DNA of 60,046 nucleotides from Vermamoeba vermiformis (Eukaryota): NCBI GenBank assembly GCA_045837725.1, contig JBEWZL010000116.1, positions 62,001 to 122,046 of the forward strand, read 5' to 3'. Shown piece by piece: positions 47,657 to 59,712 of this stretch (position 1 is its first letter; each line of letters starts with the position of its first letter). The notes under the pieces were generated by a model. It saw only the letters and a program-made list of their open reading frames with translations, ran no database searches and was not told where the DNA came from. The position numbers and the translations under genes were made by a program.

Positions 47657-48526
47657 ATGAGACCTATTCATTTTTTCGTGTTGCTGTTAATCGTTGCATG
47701 TGTAAGTCAGATCGAGGCAGGAGTTTACACGCGCTTGATCTACAACAACGCTGACTGCTCGGGCTTCCATGTCGCTTACGTTTATATGGCGAGCACTGAT
47801 GTAAGTCAAAACTTGCACCTTCTTATCAAAAATTAATGAATTATCACCAGCAAACATGTAGTTTAAGCGGATGTACCGAGATCTTGCCTGGCAAGTTTTG
47901 GGCTAAAGAGAACTGCGCCTCCGTTGTCACCCCACGTTCTCAAGATGGATTTTCTGTCGTTGTTGAAAGTTTGAGCGCGGATTGCTCCGTGTCAACCGAG
48001 ACTGGAGGTGAGTCTCAAATACGAATCCACATCTGTTCAGCGCTTGGATTAATCGCTAATATTACTTGCAATAGCCGTGGCAGATACTTGCATAGCTTAC
48101 GAATCTACGGCTCAAGGAACAAGAGCACTGAAGATAAGCAGCTGCACGAGCGATGGGTTAGATCTGACCTGGTACAGCGATGCAGATTGCACTCAAAATC
48201 CATTCGTCATGCACCACACACAGGCCTGCACTGCCGCCCCTGTAATACAGCGTTACTTTAACGTTCTCACGTGCCCTCTAGCCGGTAGTCCGAGAGCGGT
48301 ACCTGTTGGATCCGGTCCCGCCGTGCCCTCACCAAATGCCGAGCCTACTCCGAGTCCAGTAACGCCCAATCCAATTGGCACAACACCGAGTGCTGTCTCG
48401 CCTGCTGCAAGAGTCCCTAATGCACAACCTTCTGCCTCGCAGATCAAGTCGTCCAACGCTGAGGCTATTTTGCCGGGTCTGACTCTCGTACACGTGATCG
48501 TTACCGCATTTTGGGCCTTATATTAA
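47657..48526 (+). CDS. Secreted Cys-rich surface protein with Pro-rich stalk, probable GPI anchor (paralog of 40174-40919)
   Basis: Signal MRPIHFFVLLLIVACVSQIEA; TRLIYNNADCSGFHVAY; PSP/PTP stalk; SSNA + hydrophobic end; 3 exons. Confidence 0.75.
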
Positions 48527-48808
48527 TATTAGTTCAACTGTACGCCTAATAAACTAACTTCCAACGTTGGAATACTAACCATAAATTTGATCCAACGGCA
48601 ATACAAATGTGATTGTGACCGCTAAATAGAACTGCGTTAGAGTACGTGATTATATTGTTTAGCAAGCGTACCTGACTCGAATTGGGTCTGAGGACCGGAA
48701 ATAATTAATTTTCCGGGTGACACGAGACCGTCCCGTCCGATGCTAGTTTTTTAGAATTTAATTCTAGATTTGTCAGTCTAATAAAATCGATCAGCAATTA
48801 ACTACAAA

Positions 48809-49071
48809 ATGAATTGCACTCACTTGGCGTATATGATCTTCCTTGGGTTCTCCTGTTTAATCCTGAGCCCGTTACCCATCGGCATCCATTACGGTTGCAG
48901 TAAGACGTTGGCCATTAATATCGTCCTGTGGGTATTAGGTGTAATACCAGGTAATTATAACTGCTTAAATACATCTCCAGCTCGCGATAGAGAATTAATG
49001 TAATTTTATTTTCAGGCGCGATCCACGGTGCTGTGATGCTTATTCTACTGTTTAAGAAGGACGATGATTAA
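48809..49071 (+). CDS. Pmp3/UPF0057 proteolipid, copy 1
   Basis: LILSPLPIGIHYGCSKTLAINIVLWVLGVIP|GAIHG; one intron in the PG codon. Confidence 0.85.
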
Positions 49072-49341
49072 ATGTATTAATATTAATGTAAATATAAACC
49101 GAAACGCGATTGATTCAAACATCGATCTGAGATCAGACGACGATAAAAACAAATATTGTATTTTAAAAATAAATAATAATAACGATTATTAGGTACCACA
49201 GCTAGTAGGAAATTACGAAAGGTAACGCTAACGGCAATCTCGATTTTTTCTGACAGGCGTGAACGCGATCCGTACGACATCAAAATTGAATCTTATTGTT
49301 ATTGCAGACCCAACGTTATCGAGTACCAATACGAATATAAT

Positions 49342-49605
49342 ATGGGTAACGTAGATTGCTTATATATAACGTTTCTTATGGTGTTTACCTTGTTTCTGAG
49401 CCCTGTGACAGTTGGTGTCATGTTCCGTTGCAGCAAAACGTTAGCGATTAATATTGTACTGTGGCTATTAGGCGTAATTCCGGGTAAGCTAGCGTAATTT
49501 CCTTTTTTTTGATCGGATGATCGAAAAATAATTATAATTTTAGGCGCAATTCATGGCTATGTGGTGATTTGCTTACATTTTAAGAAGATGGAGGACGATT
49601 ATTAA
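49342..49605 (+). CDS. Pmp3/UPF0057 proteolipid, copy 2
   Basis: LFLSPVTVGVMFRCSKTLAINIVLWLLGVIP|GAIHG; same intron position. Confidence 0.85.
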
Positions 49606-50128
49606 TTAATTATTATTCATCAATGCCTAATATTAAAATAATAAAATAATTTTAGGTGGCAATCCACAATTTGCAAACCACGAATACTTTGTAAACGAAA
49701 ATGTAGTTATTATATAAATTTTAATAGGCAACTTTCCGCCGTTTCTTGTAATTATTAAACTCGTTCTGTTGAAATAAACTTACCCAACAGTTGTTAATCC
49801 AACAAACGCTTCGAAATTAATAAAGCACGAATTGATATCATATGCTCGAAACACTCGCTTGTACAAAGTATATTGCGGTTGTCTTTGGTTGGCAATTACA
49901 AAGAAAATGCTAATTATTCTTCAGCATCGCTTTGCCCAACACACCACAAGGGCCCATCACAATCATTTCTTAAATTATAACTTACTGAAACAAATTACAA
50001 CGTCTAACATGAAGTTTAATACGAGATTGCGTTTGTAGTCCCTTGTTAGTCCCATACTTGTCTGCAGATGACAGCTGTCCTAGAAAGCGAAACGATTTTA
50101 CCTTGCCGCTGATTAACATAGCTCAATA

Positions 50129-50434
50129 ATGACGAAAACAGCTCAAGAAAGGAAGTGCAGCGATTGTGGATGGAATGCTTTTTACCTCATCTTCACTCTA
50201 TTTCTGAGCCCGGTTACCGTGGGACTGTTCTTCGGTTGTGGCAAAACGTTGGCGATTAATATTGTATTATGGATACTTGGCATTATTCCAGGCAAGTAAT
50301 CAAAAGAAAATATTATTATTTTTTCGTTTTTATTTACGGATTTGATTTTTAACCTTTTTTCAGGCGCAATCCACGGTTACGTCATGCTTTGTTTAGTAAT
50401 TTTTAGGAATAAACGAGTCAACGAAGGCGATTAG
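50129..50434 (+). CDS. Pmp3/UPF0057 proteolipid, copy 3 (GC-AG intron)
   Basis: LFLSPVTVGLFFGCGKTLAINIVLWILGIIP|GAIHG; intron 50292-50363 begins GCAAGT. Confidence 0.8.
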
Positions 50435-50677
50435 AATGAATCAAATAAATGAAATTCAAATCCGCTGCCCTACAGACAAATGTAGCTCTGGTTGGTCGTG
50501 TAAGACATCATTAATAACTCGATGTTATATATTACCAAATAGGCCTACAGAATTAAAAAGGCAAAAAACAGACGAGAACAAAATTTTCGATTCTGTCGCT
50601 TTTAGTAGCTATCAATTTTTGCCAATACCACAACTCTTGTAAAATACTCGAAGCTGACAGTATTATTCGTGCAAGAG

Positions 50678-51567
50678 ATGATTAGCAAATTTTACGTTAC
50701 CGTTGCTGTCGGTCTTATGTGCTTTGCAAGCTTTGCGAGCGTTTCTGACGCTGCATTTACTTTTGGAACGCACACCAGCTCGGACTGCTCGAATTCGTCG
50801 ATGATTGGGTGGGTTCAGGTAAGAAAAAAGATCCGGATTTTAAAAAAAAAATAAATCAAGTAATAACTAACGATTCGAAGGGCTTTGGAACCTGCTCCGC
50901 TGAAAAAAGATCATTATTTCAATCTGGATTTGCTTGTTATCAAGATTTCATCCTTCCTAACCGCTACTATTCATTTTTGGAATGCACTTTGGTTGTGGAA
51001 CCTCCAACGCTCGCGCCTCCCGCTGGCTGGCACCATATTAAATATTCTAACAGCACTAATTGCGACTTTAGCAACGAGTCTGACTGGACAGCCGTTGCAG
51101 GTTAGTAGAAAACATTTTCCGCATCCAGCAACTAATTCCTTACAGTCAAACAACCCGATACCTACGTGCCTATCGTCAAGTGGTATTCTGGCATTCCTAT
51201 TAATATCCTTAATGTCACTATGTCTTGCCAAAATGGATTACTCTCCGCATCTGCTTGCGACTACCAAATTAAAACTTGCTTCCAAATGGACAACGTAGGA
51301 TACAATCAATGCGCAAACGCCACTACAGTCGGAGGATCTTATTCTGGCATTCAAACTAGTTGCCAAGGTACGTTCCATCTTCTTGGGATCGAATCCACTA
51401 ACTCTTGATCGCTCGACCTAGCTGCACCTCAAGCCTCTCCTGCCGCCAATCCAGTCGCTGCACCAGTGACCGCTTCGACGCCTAGCAAAAAGACTAACTC
51501 GGCCGCTACAATGTCCACTTCAATGGTTATTTTTATCTTCGTTGTTTGCTCGGCTTTGCTTGCTTAA
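50678..51567 (+). CDS. Secreted Cys-rich surface protein, probable GPI anchor
   Basis: Signal peptide; S-S-D-C-S / S-T-N-C motifs; Ala/Pro stalk; TNSAA + hydrophobic C-terminus; 4 exons. Confidence 0.7.
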
Positions 51568-52443
51568 GCCACTTACCAACGGACGCTTGATAAATATGAT
51601 TATGTAAAGTGGCGTCAAGATAAAGAAATCTACAATTGAATTCTGTTTTTGCTGTAGATGGTTTAAACAAAAAACGCAGTCTCCACAACAGACGATTAAA
51701 TGTGCAACCCTTCGTGCTAGATAATAAGCCTTATTATTTTCAACCTCTTCAAACACCTTCACCCACTGCGGCCGTGCTATTGCTCTAGGTAAAAACAATA
51801 TTAAAAATTAAAATAACAATTTAATTAATGTAGTAATTATACTCAAAGATATCGTCCATTACATGGATTAAATAATAAGCGATTAAAAAATAAAAAATTA
51901 GATGGAGATCGTCTCACCGAAATAGAATGGTTCGTAAATTATGCAATAATATTTTCAATATTCTAAATAGCGTTTTAGCTACAATAATCGTTTGAGATTG
52001 ATTCATGATGCTCAATCTAATGGTTTTTGTCGTAGCTTCGAATGTTGACACTTGCCTTTATTGACACGCTTGATGCAGCGAATGGTGAAGAATTTCTTCG
52101 GTCTGTATCTTAGTATAATTAGACGTACTACGGAAGCCGTCCTGATCCGCAACGTGCTCTTCACCGGAGGATATTAACGGTAAGTAGATATTCTGCGCAA
52201 AAATCCTTTTAACCTTCGCTCTGTAAAGATAACGAAGTCCGATCAGTAGACCGCAAAGACTAACAAGGGGATGTGATGTGATTCAAAAAAAGTAAGAAAA
52301 TTTATCCCGCGTCACATCAGGCCAAAATCTCGCATGATTTAAGTTTACAACTCGGCCGAAGCTGCCAACAAGCACTGTAAGTTGGAGTTTATAGACTTTA
52401 AACCTGAGACAACTAACTTATCGCTAGAGAGAAACCGGATGCA

Positions 52444-54982
52444 ATGAAACTGACGTTGTGTATTATTGCAATTATTGTGCTGGCCATCGAATCGAATTTT
52501 GTTCGTGGAGGTAATTTAACGGAAACAATAATTACCCTATATGCATCGATAATTATTTACCTTGCTAATTGTTAATTATTTGCTAGATTTTTTAACGAGT
52601 CGTGACGCGCTTTACGTTCGGATCCTTCCGCCAGATGGTGCAATTGTTAAATCCAATCCGCCTTCATTTTGGTGGACCGCTCTAGGATTTCTTGGCAACG
52701 GCAAATCGTTTAACTTGTCGATCTGGGCCAACTCAACGGCCAATCGTCAACCTGACTGGAGTTTCACGACAACGAACTGCTTTTTCAACGTGCCGCTTGC
52801 CTTACCCGTGGACACGTACTACTTTTGGAGAGTGACTTTGCTGGACTCTGTCAAGGGCACGTCGAATGACAGCGATGTGCGCTCGTTCTACGTAACTTCG
52901 GATGCCACAACATTTGTCGTGCCAACTGATATTATCACTACGACGAAGAGCTCCGCTCGCCCACGATTGTTGCTGAAGGACGACGCGAAGGTAGCTTTCT
53001 TGGCTTCATCCTCTGGTCAATCATTTGTCAAGCAATTGAACGCCGTTGTAATTCCGTACCTTAACAGAGGGATCGGAGCAACACTCCCCGTCGCACCGAA
53101 CAAGACATCCAGTGACTTTCCTCCTGGCTCTCCTGAATGGGCCGCGTACCTATCGAGCGTATATGATGACTTCACGAGTCCGCAAGTCGTTTACATTTCG
53201 AGCTGCATCTACGCTCTTTGGTACAACTCGTCAAACGCGATCTTCGTCAACGAGCTCAAGCGAAGAACATTTGCACTTTTGGACGCGGACCCGGCAGGTG
53301 CAACGAGCAATGCCTCACAAGATCAAGCAAACAGAGCCATCTTATTGTCGCTAGCTCAAACGCTTGATGTGATCTACGACAACTTCACAGCGACTGATCG
53401 TGATAGAATCTTGGCGAACATCAAGAACAGAACCGAACAAGTGTATCAGGACGGAGACGAGTTCACTCGCCTCATGACATTGCCCTACGACTCTCACGGT
53501 GCCAACACTCTTGGCTTCATCGCCACTGCTAGCGCGGCAATGCTTGGACTGATTCCTGAAGCAGACGCGTGGGCAGAAAGTATTCCCATGTTCTTAAACA
53601 TGTACAGCACCTGGGGTCTGCAAGAAGGAGGCTTCGGCAATGGCATGGGCTACGCATACTTCGACGTGACAAGTGCCCCGTCCCGCTTCAACTTCTTGAA
53701 GTGGAGTACTGGCGTGAGTCTGTATCAGAAGCAGTGGGTGCGCGAGTGGCCCTTGCAGTTCATCTACTTCTCACCACCTGGAGCGGCATCGGGAGGTCTT
53801 GGCTTTGGTGACAGTGGACAGCAAGACATGCGTCGACTTCAACCTATAGTCTGTCTCAACGTTGTTAGTCCACTTCTCGATGAATCTCCAAATATGGAAT
53901 ATGAAGGCCTTTACAACTGGTACTGCAATGCACTCTCTTACAAAGGCGTCGTCGACCCACGCTACTACGATGTTATTTGGAGTCGCGAGTTCAACTCACC
54001 TCAACCACTGGCAAGCAACTATCCCAATGCTATTCACTTGGCATCGATTGGCTGGGCGTCATTTCACAGCTCTCTCGCCGACAACCAACGCACGTCACTG
54101 TTCTTCCGCTCAGGCAGATTTGGCACAGACAGCCACAACTACGCGGATCAGCTGTGCTTCACATTTGCGCACAAAGGCAAAGCGTTGCTCATCAACAGCG
54201 GTTACTACGATTACTTTGGATCTCCTCATCACTTTGGCTGGACAAAGACCACAAGATCTAAGAGTGGTGGCGTGACTATGGATGGAGGCGTAGGGCAAAT
54301 GATCAGTCAGATCGGTGCATCAGGCAACATCACTCAATTCGGCCACTCAAACGAGTTTGATTTTGTCACCGGAGATGCTTTGGTTGCATACAACTATGGC
54401 ATAACAAACTCAGCTCTTCAGTTAACACGTGCCATTCGCTCCATTGTATACTTACGGGCCAGCAATCAGTTTGTGATCTTCGACCAATTTGACGCCAACT
54501 CTCCTCGTAGCTTCGAATGGAATCTGCACGCATTCATCAACTTCACTGTTGTTTCACCATCAACTGTCAAGTCAAGTGATGGCAATGCATCATTGTGCAT
54601 CAAGATGCTGTACACTTCGTCTGATTACACCTTCACTCAAACAGATCAGTTCACTGTTCCAGTGAACTTGCCTAATCAAGCACACGGCCAGTTCAAACTC
54701 AACACTAACCTCACTTCAGTCACATTTGTCGTATTGTTGGATCCTGACTGTACTGGAAATGAACCACAGCTGAATCAAAATGGTAACACATGGTCGTTCA
54801 ACATTGGTGAAACAAGAGGCACTTGGGATGGCAATCAACTTGCCATTTCTTACCCTGAAACACCAACTGACTCTACAAACCCTTCATCTCATTCACCTGG
54901 TGGCTCTGTGACCAGCACTGCATCGCTTGCGGCAGTTTGTTTTGTTGCAATAACCATTGCTTTGTGTACCTTATTGATTTGA
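52444..54982 (+). CDS. Secreted/GPI-anchored polysaccharide lyase, DUF4962 + heparinase II/III-like (PL15-like oligo-alginate lyase architecture)
   Basis: Signal exon MKLTLCIIAIIVLA..., one intron 52511-52587, then a 2.4-kb exon: PPDGAIVKSNPPSFWW, RPRLLL, YDSHG, GFGNGMGY, GFGD, SHNYADQ, LINSGYYDYFGSPHH, IFDQF, FEWNLHA; hydrophobic C-terminus. Confidence 0.85.
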
Positions 54983-55033
54983 GAATAAAGATAAAACAAT
55001 TTATTACAACTAAGAAAGAAGTGCCTGATAGTG

Positions 55034-58000
55034 CTATCTGGTAAAGTTTTCAATAACTTTGGACAAATCATATCCAAGGAGGTGAAGTGTATCTTGGTTA
55101 ATGTGCAACAAGTAATGCTCAGCTTCATCACCTGGGAAGAGGACCTTTGCTTCACAGTGGTCGGATGGAATTGTGATGTTGATTTGCAGAACTTTCTTTG
55201 GCAGTGGAGGAAGGGCTTGGATTGCTGAATAAACTGCTGGCTTTTTTATTTGCATACTGTTGGCATCTTTTCTGGTTTTACTGCAGTGATAAAATTGTGC
55301 AGGGTCAGTTTTTCTAACATTCTTTGTAAACTTGGCCTCTGATTTCTTGTTCCAAATAGACATTGCAAAGGTGACTAAAACTGGCTCACCATTATATTCT
55401 ACTTCAGGTTAGAACAAAAAATCTTAAGTTGACATACCTAAAAACCCAATGATGTCAGGACCAAGGTGAGCTGATGGCTGCAGCAAATATGAGTTTGGCT
55501 TCAGCAAGAAATAGAGAAGTTCAGCTTGCTTGTCCTTTTCAGCATTGCAAATTTTAAGGAGCTGTTGTGCTGTTTCTTTTGCAAGCTGGCCTTCTTTAAG
55601 CAATGTGCAAAGAAAAGTACTTTGTTGTAGTAAGGAGATGATTGATGGGTCTGAAGAGTTCAGCCATGCTTCAATTTTTGGCTGCAGTCTACAAACATCC
55701 TCAGCAATAGAGTTCATCAACTGATTGTTTATAACACTGCCACCTGCAATCCATTTGCAAACAGCTTGCTTGAGCCAAGCACCATGCTTGTTAACACTGA
55801 GATTTTGCAAAAATGTAGGAAAGTTATTAACCTGTAAAAGATATAAGTACATTAATCCAATCTCAGTCATTAAACTTTGCTGCTTACCAAAGTCCACAAT
55901 ACAAAGTGTTCAACAACATGTCCTTGAGGTTGCTTACAGAAAAGACCTTTAGTTGCTTTTAGATCCTCCAAAGAGCAACCAAGTTGCCTTGTAATAGTCT
56001 CCTGGGAGATTTCCTTGTTTGACAGAAGAGCCTTAACTACAAATGGCTCTTTGATGGAATAAACAAGCTCCCTATCTTCTTCAATTAAAGTGATTAGGAT
56101 AACCATCGATAAAGGATTAGAACATACCAGACTTTTCAATGAACAAAAATCCAGTGTCTTCAACACTGACCCCAGAGTACATTGTGTTAATTTGATCAAC
56201 ACTCCAACGAAGATTAGGGGCATAATGTTGTGCCAGAAGAACATGAATTAGATGCTGCAGAGCTATAAGGATTGTTAATGAAGATGAGGATTGAGGGTAG
56301 ACTTACAAACTCCTGCAGAAATCAACCTTTTCCAATGAGCTACAAAGTTCCTTTCCAAATCTTGTTGATGCTTTTGAAGAGCAGCAAGAAATATTTCATT
56401 CTTTTCATTTGCAGTGATTTGCAACTTGTGCTGCATAATTTCATTTGCAAGTACTCTGATAAATCCAAAGACATATCTAAGGCGCCCTTGAAGAACTTCT
56501 TTGGCCTGAGTGATGTGTTTCTTTTTGATGTCTGTGAAGTCAAAATATTCTTCAAGGCAATGCCAAGCATCATTGGGGATGACATATGGAAAGAAAAGTC
56601 CATTTTGCTTGTAAAAAAAGACCTTGCTGCCTTTCCCAGCTCCAGATTTGAGTGAGAATTCAAAGTCTGCCAATCTTGTGCCAGCTATAATTCTTATGCT
56701 TGTTTCTGGTAGTGAATAGATTGCTAGAATATGCAACAGAGAACATTTGCCCATGTCCTTAGTCAAGCCAAAGTCATCCTCTAGCCTTTCATAGTTATTA
56801 TCTAGAGCTATTTGGGCTTCATCAATAGCAAACCAAGCTCCAGTCAGATCAATGTACTTGGAGACAAGTGATTGCAAAGTATCTTCAGTGTCCATGACTT
56901 TAGCTTTAAGCTCAGTGTACCTGCAATACAGTAAAAAATGGAGCTTTGCAAACTTTCAACTTACAGTGCTTTTAGAAACAGACCTTGTACTTGCTCAATG
57001 TACTTTTGTCCTCCTTCATTTGTCCAAAAAATCCACTCTTCTGGTGTGATTGCAAATTTTGTTTTCATTTTTTGCAGCAGCATCAAATGGCAGAGCCAAA
57101 AGACAGAGCAACAGAGAGTTGCAACAGAAGTTTTGCTGTAACCAACCAATTCTCCCATGCTGTGTACTCTGTGGAGATAACAAATAAACCCCTTGAATGG
57201 AGCATCATGCTGTGCTAAATTAATACAACAATTTCATAAGGCTTCATCAGTTACATAGTCTTTTGGATCCATGGTTGATGCCATGCAGCATTCAGTGAAT
57301 ATCAAGAACTGTTTCCGTCCAACAGCATTGAGCATTGTTCCTTTGCAGAGATTAATCACAAGTTTAAGGGCAGTGTAAATGATTACCTGTCTTTCCTCCA
57401 CCAGAGAGGCCGTTCAAGGGAAACAAACGTTCAACAGGTGGATCTTGGGCAAACTCTGCAAATTTTTGATAAACAGGGTCTTCTCCAGTCTTTTCAATGA
57501 ATCTAACGTCAAATTTGTCTGGGCAGTAAGGATTAAAAGCAAGATCTTTCTTGTAAAAGCTTTGCAGCTTCTCCTTGTGCTTAGGTGCTGGTAAATCTGC
57601 AAGCTTTGTAAACTTCAAGTTTGCAACAACATCTTCAACAATTGCATTGAAATTGTCTTCATTGCCTGCAATAACAAGATTAATTATTACTTTACGTGTG
57701 CAAAAGTAGATTGACTTACAACGAGTAATTTTTTGTAAATTAAGGTAGACCATATCCATTGAACTCGGTGGTATTTGAGGGAACATTACAAGTTCTGCCC
57801 GAGAGAGATACGCCAAATTACTGCCATTGTCCGACCAAGCTCGAGCTTGATCTGGGGTCAAAGCCCCTAAACTCTCCAACCAGCATGCTACTTGCCTAGC
57901 GTTCCAATTTACAACTAAATAGCGTTAGTATAATAATAGAAATTATTAAGAGCGAGCTTACAGGCCTTTGGAAAATAAGTCTCGTTTGCATCGTGCAGTT

Positions 58001-58079
58001 CTTTCGTCTCATCGGCCGCTATCGTCACCGTATGTGCTGTTTCAGCTTTTGTACGTGCTAATCCGTGTGCGGAAGTCAT
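55034..58079 (-). pseudogene. Crinkler-RHS (CR)-type protein: SAM header + P-loop NTPase + restriction-endonuclease-like domain; one in-frame TGA
   Basis: SAM-like VNWNARQVACWLESLG; Walker A GLSGGGKT; ITPEEW; Walker B FAIDEAQ; IIAGT; IKEPFVV; GHVVEHFV; QPSAHLGPDII; KTDPAQFY. Premature TGA at 57234-57236; strong CpG loss. Confidence 0.7.
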
Positions 58080-58451
58080 TAGGTAACGCGAGTGGAGCGG
58101 TTGAGACAATTTTTTAAAATTCCGAATCGAGATGGGGTTTTCGTTTTGGCTAAACATTTAAATTATGAGCCCAAAAATTACCAAATAATTAGTATTACCT
58201 GCTAGCATATTTATGAGCCCTTGCTTCGAAGCCAATCTGCGTTGACACTTGGATCGAGGCCTTCTGGATCGATCGATTAAACCTACGATGTGACGTCGTT
58301 AAATAAGCGCGCTGCAATAAAGTACGCAGCATAGCTGTTGTATTGCAGCAGATCGATAAATTTTAGGCTGTTCAGGTTCGTTTAATTTGCATCACATTTT
58401 TTGTAACGGCTTTAAAGACTCAACCACCAACAACCAAATTAAATCATTAAC

Positions 58452-58746
58452 ATGTGCTGCGATCCTAGCTGCGCCATCGTAGGCATTATTATTCTTAATA
58501 TATTCTTCAGTCCTATCGCATATGGAATTATAGAAGAGAAATGCACGAAGATGCTGGTTTTGAATTGCTTTTTATGGGTTCTGGGTGTAATACCAGGTAA
58601 ATATTTATTAGTTTATTATTAAACAATAACAGTGATGTCCAAATTTTTGCATTTAATAGGTATGAAAATATTAATATTTAATTTAAGGCATGATCCACGG
58701 CTTTTTTAGAATTCATCGAATGCTTAAAGAAATGGCTAGATCGTAA
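58452..58746 (+). CDS. Pmp3/UPF0057 proteolipid, copy 4 (more divergent)
   Basis: IFFSPIAYGIIEEKCTKMLVLNCFLWVLGVIP|GMIHG; same intron position. Confidence 0.8.
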
Positions 58747-59712
58747 ATTCTAGAATATATTCAAACGAACGATCTTTGTAATAATGTATGTAAACTTAGT
58801 GTAAAAACATCTTTCTACCGTCATCTGACTCCGTTGATTTGAATTTTATTAGACATATTATATCTATTATTGTATATATGCGAACAATGTAGTAATGTAA
58901 TATTTTTGATTCGGTGGCGTCGGTATTCGGATTTGGATTTGGTTGGCAAATAAATTATGTTAGCCAAAGATCGCTCGTGTAAATAAATTTAAATTATTAT
59001 AGGTTGCTTAATTATAATTATTAATAGCTTTTTTGTTTAAGGGAATCGAAAATCGCATCTCTTACTTGTTTTTAAACCCATTTCTAGCTGTTGTGATGGC
59101 CTAATATGAACTTTGAGGTACCACTGCTTAAATCAGCTTGAAAGATTGACGCGTGTTGGACGTGGGTCAAAAATTAATGATGATTTGTTTCATTCTTTCA
59201 AAGAGCAACTCATTAACCACAATGGCTCTAATACAACATCTAGAGAGAAGAAATATTGATGTATGGACGTATATATGATAGAAGGCGCCGCGCCTGGTTG
59301 CAGGTTAGCTTTGTCGCGTTTATATTTCAAATCACAACGAATGCATAAATGCTTATTTTAATTTTAATATGACAATAAATTGGTTGTCTCGGCGGAAACG
59401 AATCCCGACTGATTTAATTAAAATTAAAATAATTTTTAAAATCGAGCTTAAATTATAAATTTATTCGGCGCTTAGGTTGAACCCCTTTCGCTCATTTTAT
59501 TCAGCAGACCATCGACACGAGTTACTGTTAACGATGATCAGCATTTCCGACAGCTTTTGGCTCCATTGGAGGTAGGCAGGAGAAGAGATACTCGGATGTT
59601 GTATTGATTTCCATATTTAGACTTGAACTTTGACACCAGTTGACGTTAAAGATAAATAGCAACGCATTATCCGAACTATTTTCTCAACAGTTCCTCGCAG
59701 AGTAAACCACAA

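Noticed and set aside
53112-54298. Overlapping alternate-frame ORFs within the lyase and ABCA genes
   Set aside because: Expected by-products of codon bias with few out-of-frame stops; no recognisable motifs.
52562-54982. Bacterial contamination explaining the long intronless ORF
   Set aside because: It has a spliced eukaryotic signal-peptide exon, a GPI-like tail and continuous eukaryotic flanks.
57234-57236. Selenocysteine or alternative-code reading of the in-frame TGA
   Set aside because: TGA terminates other genes here (19843, 54980), there is no redox motif or SECIS evident, and CpG decay explains it more simply.
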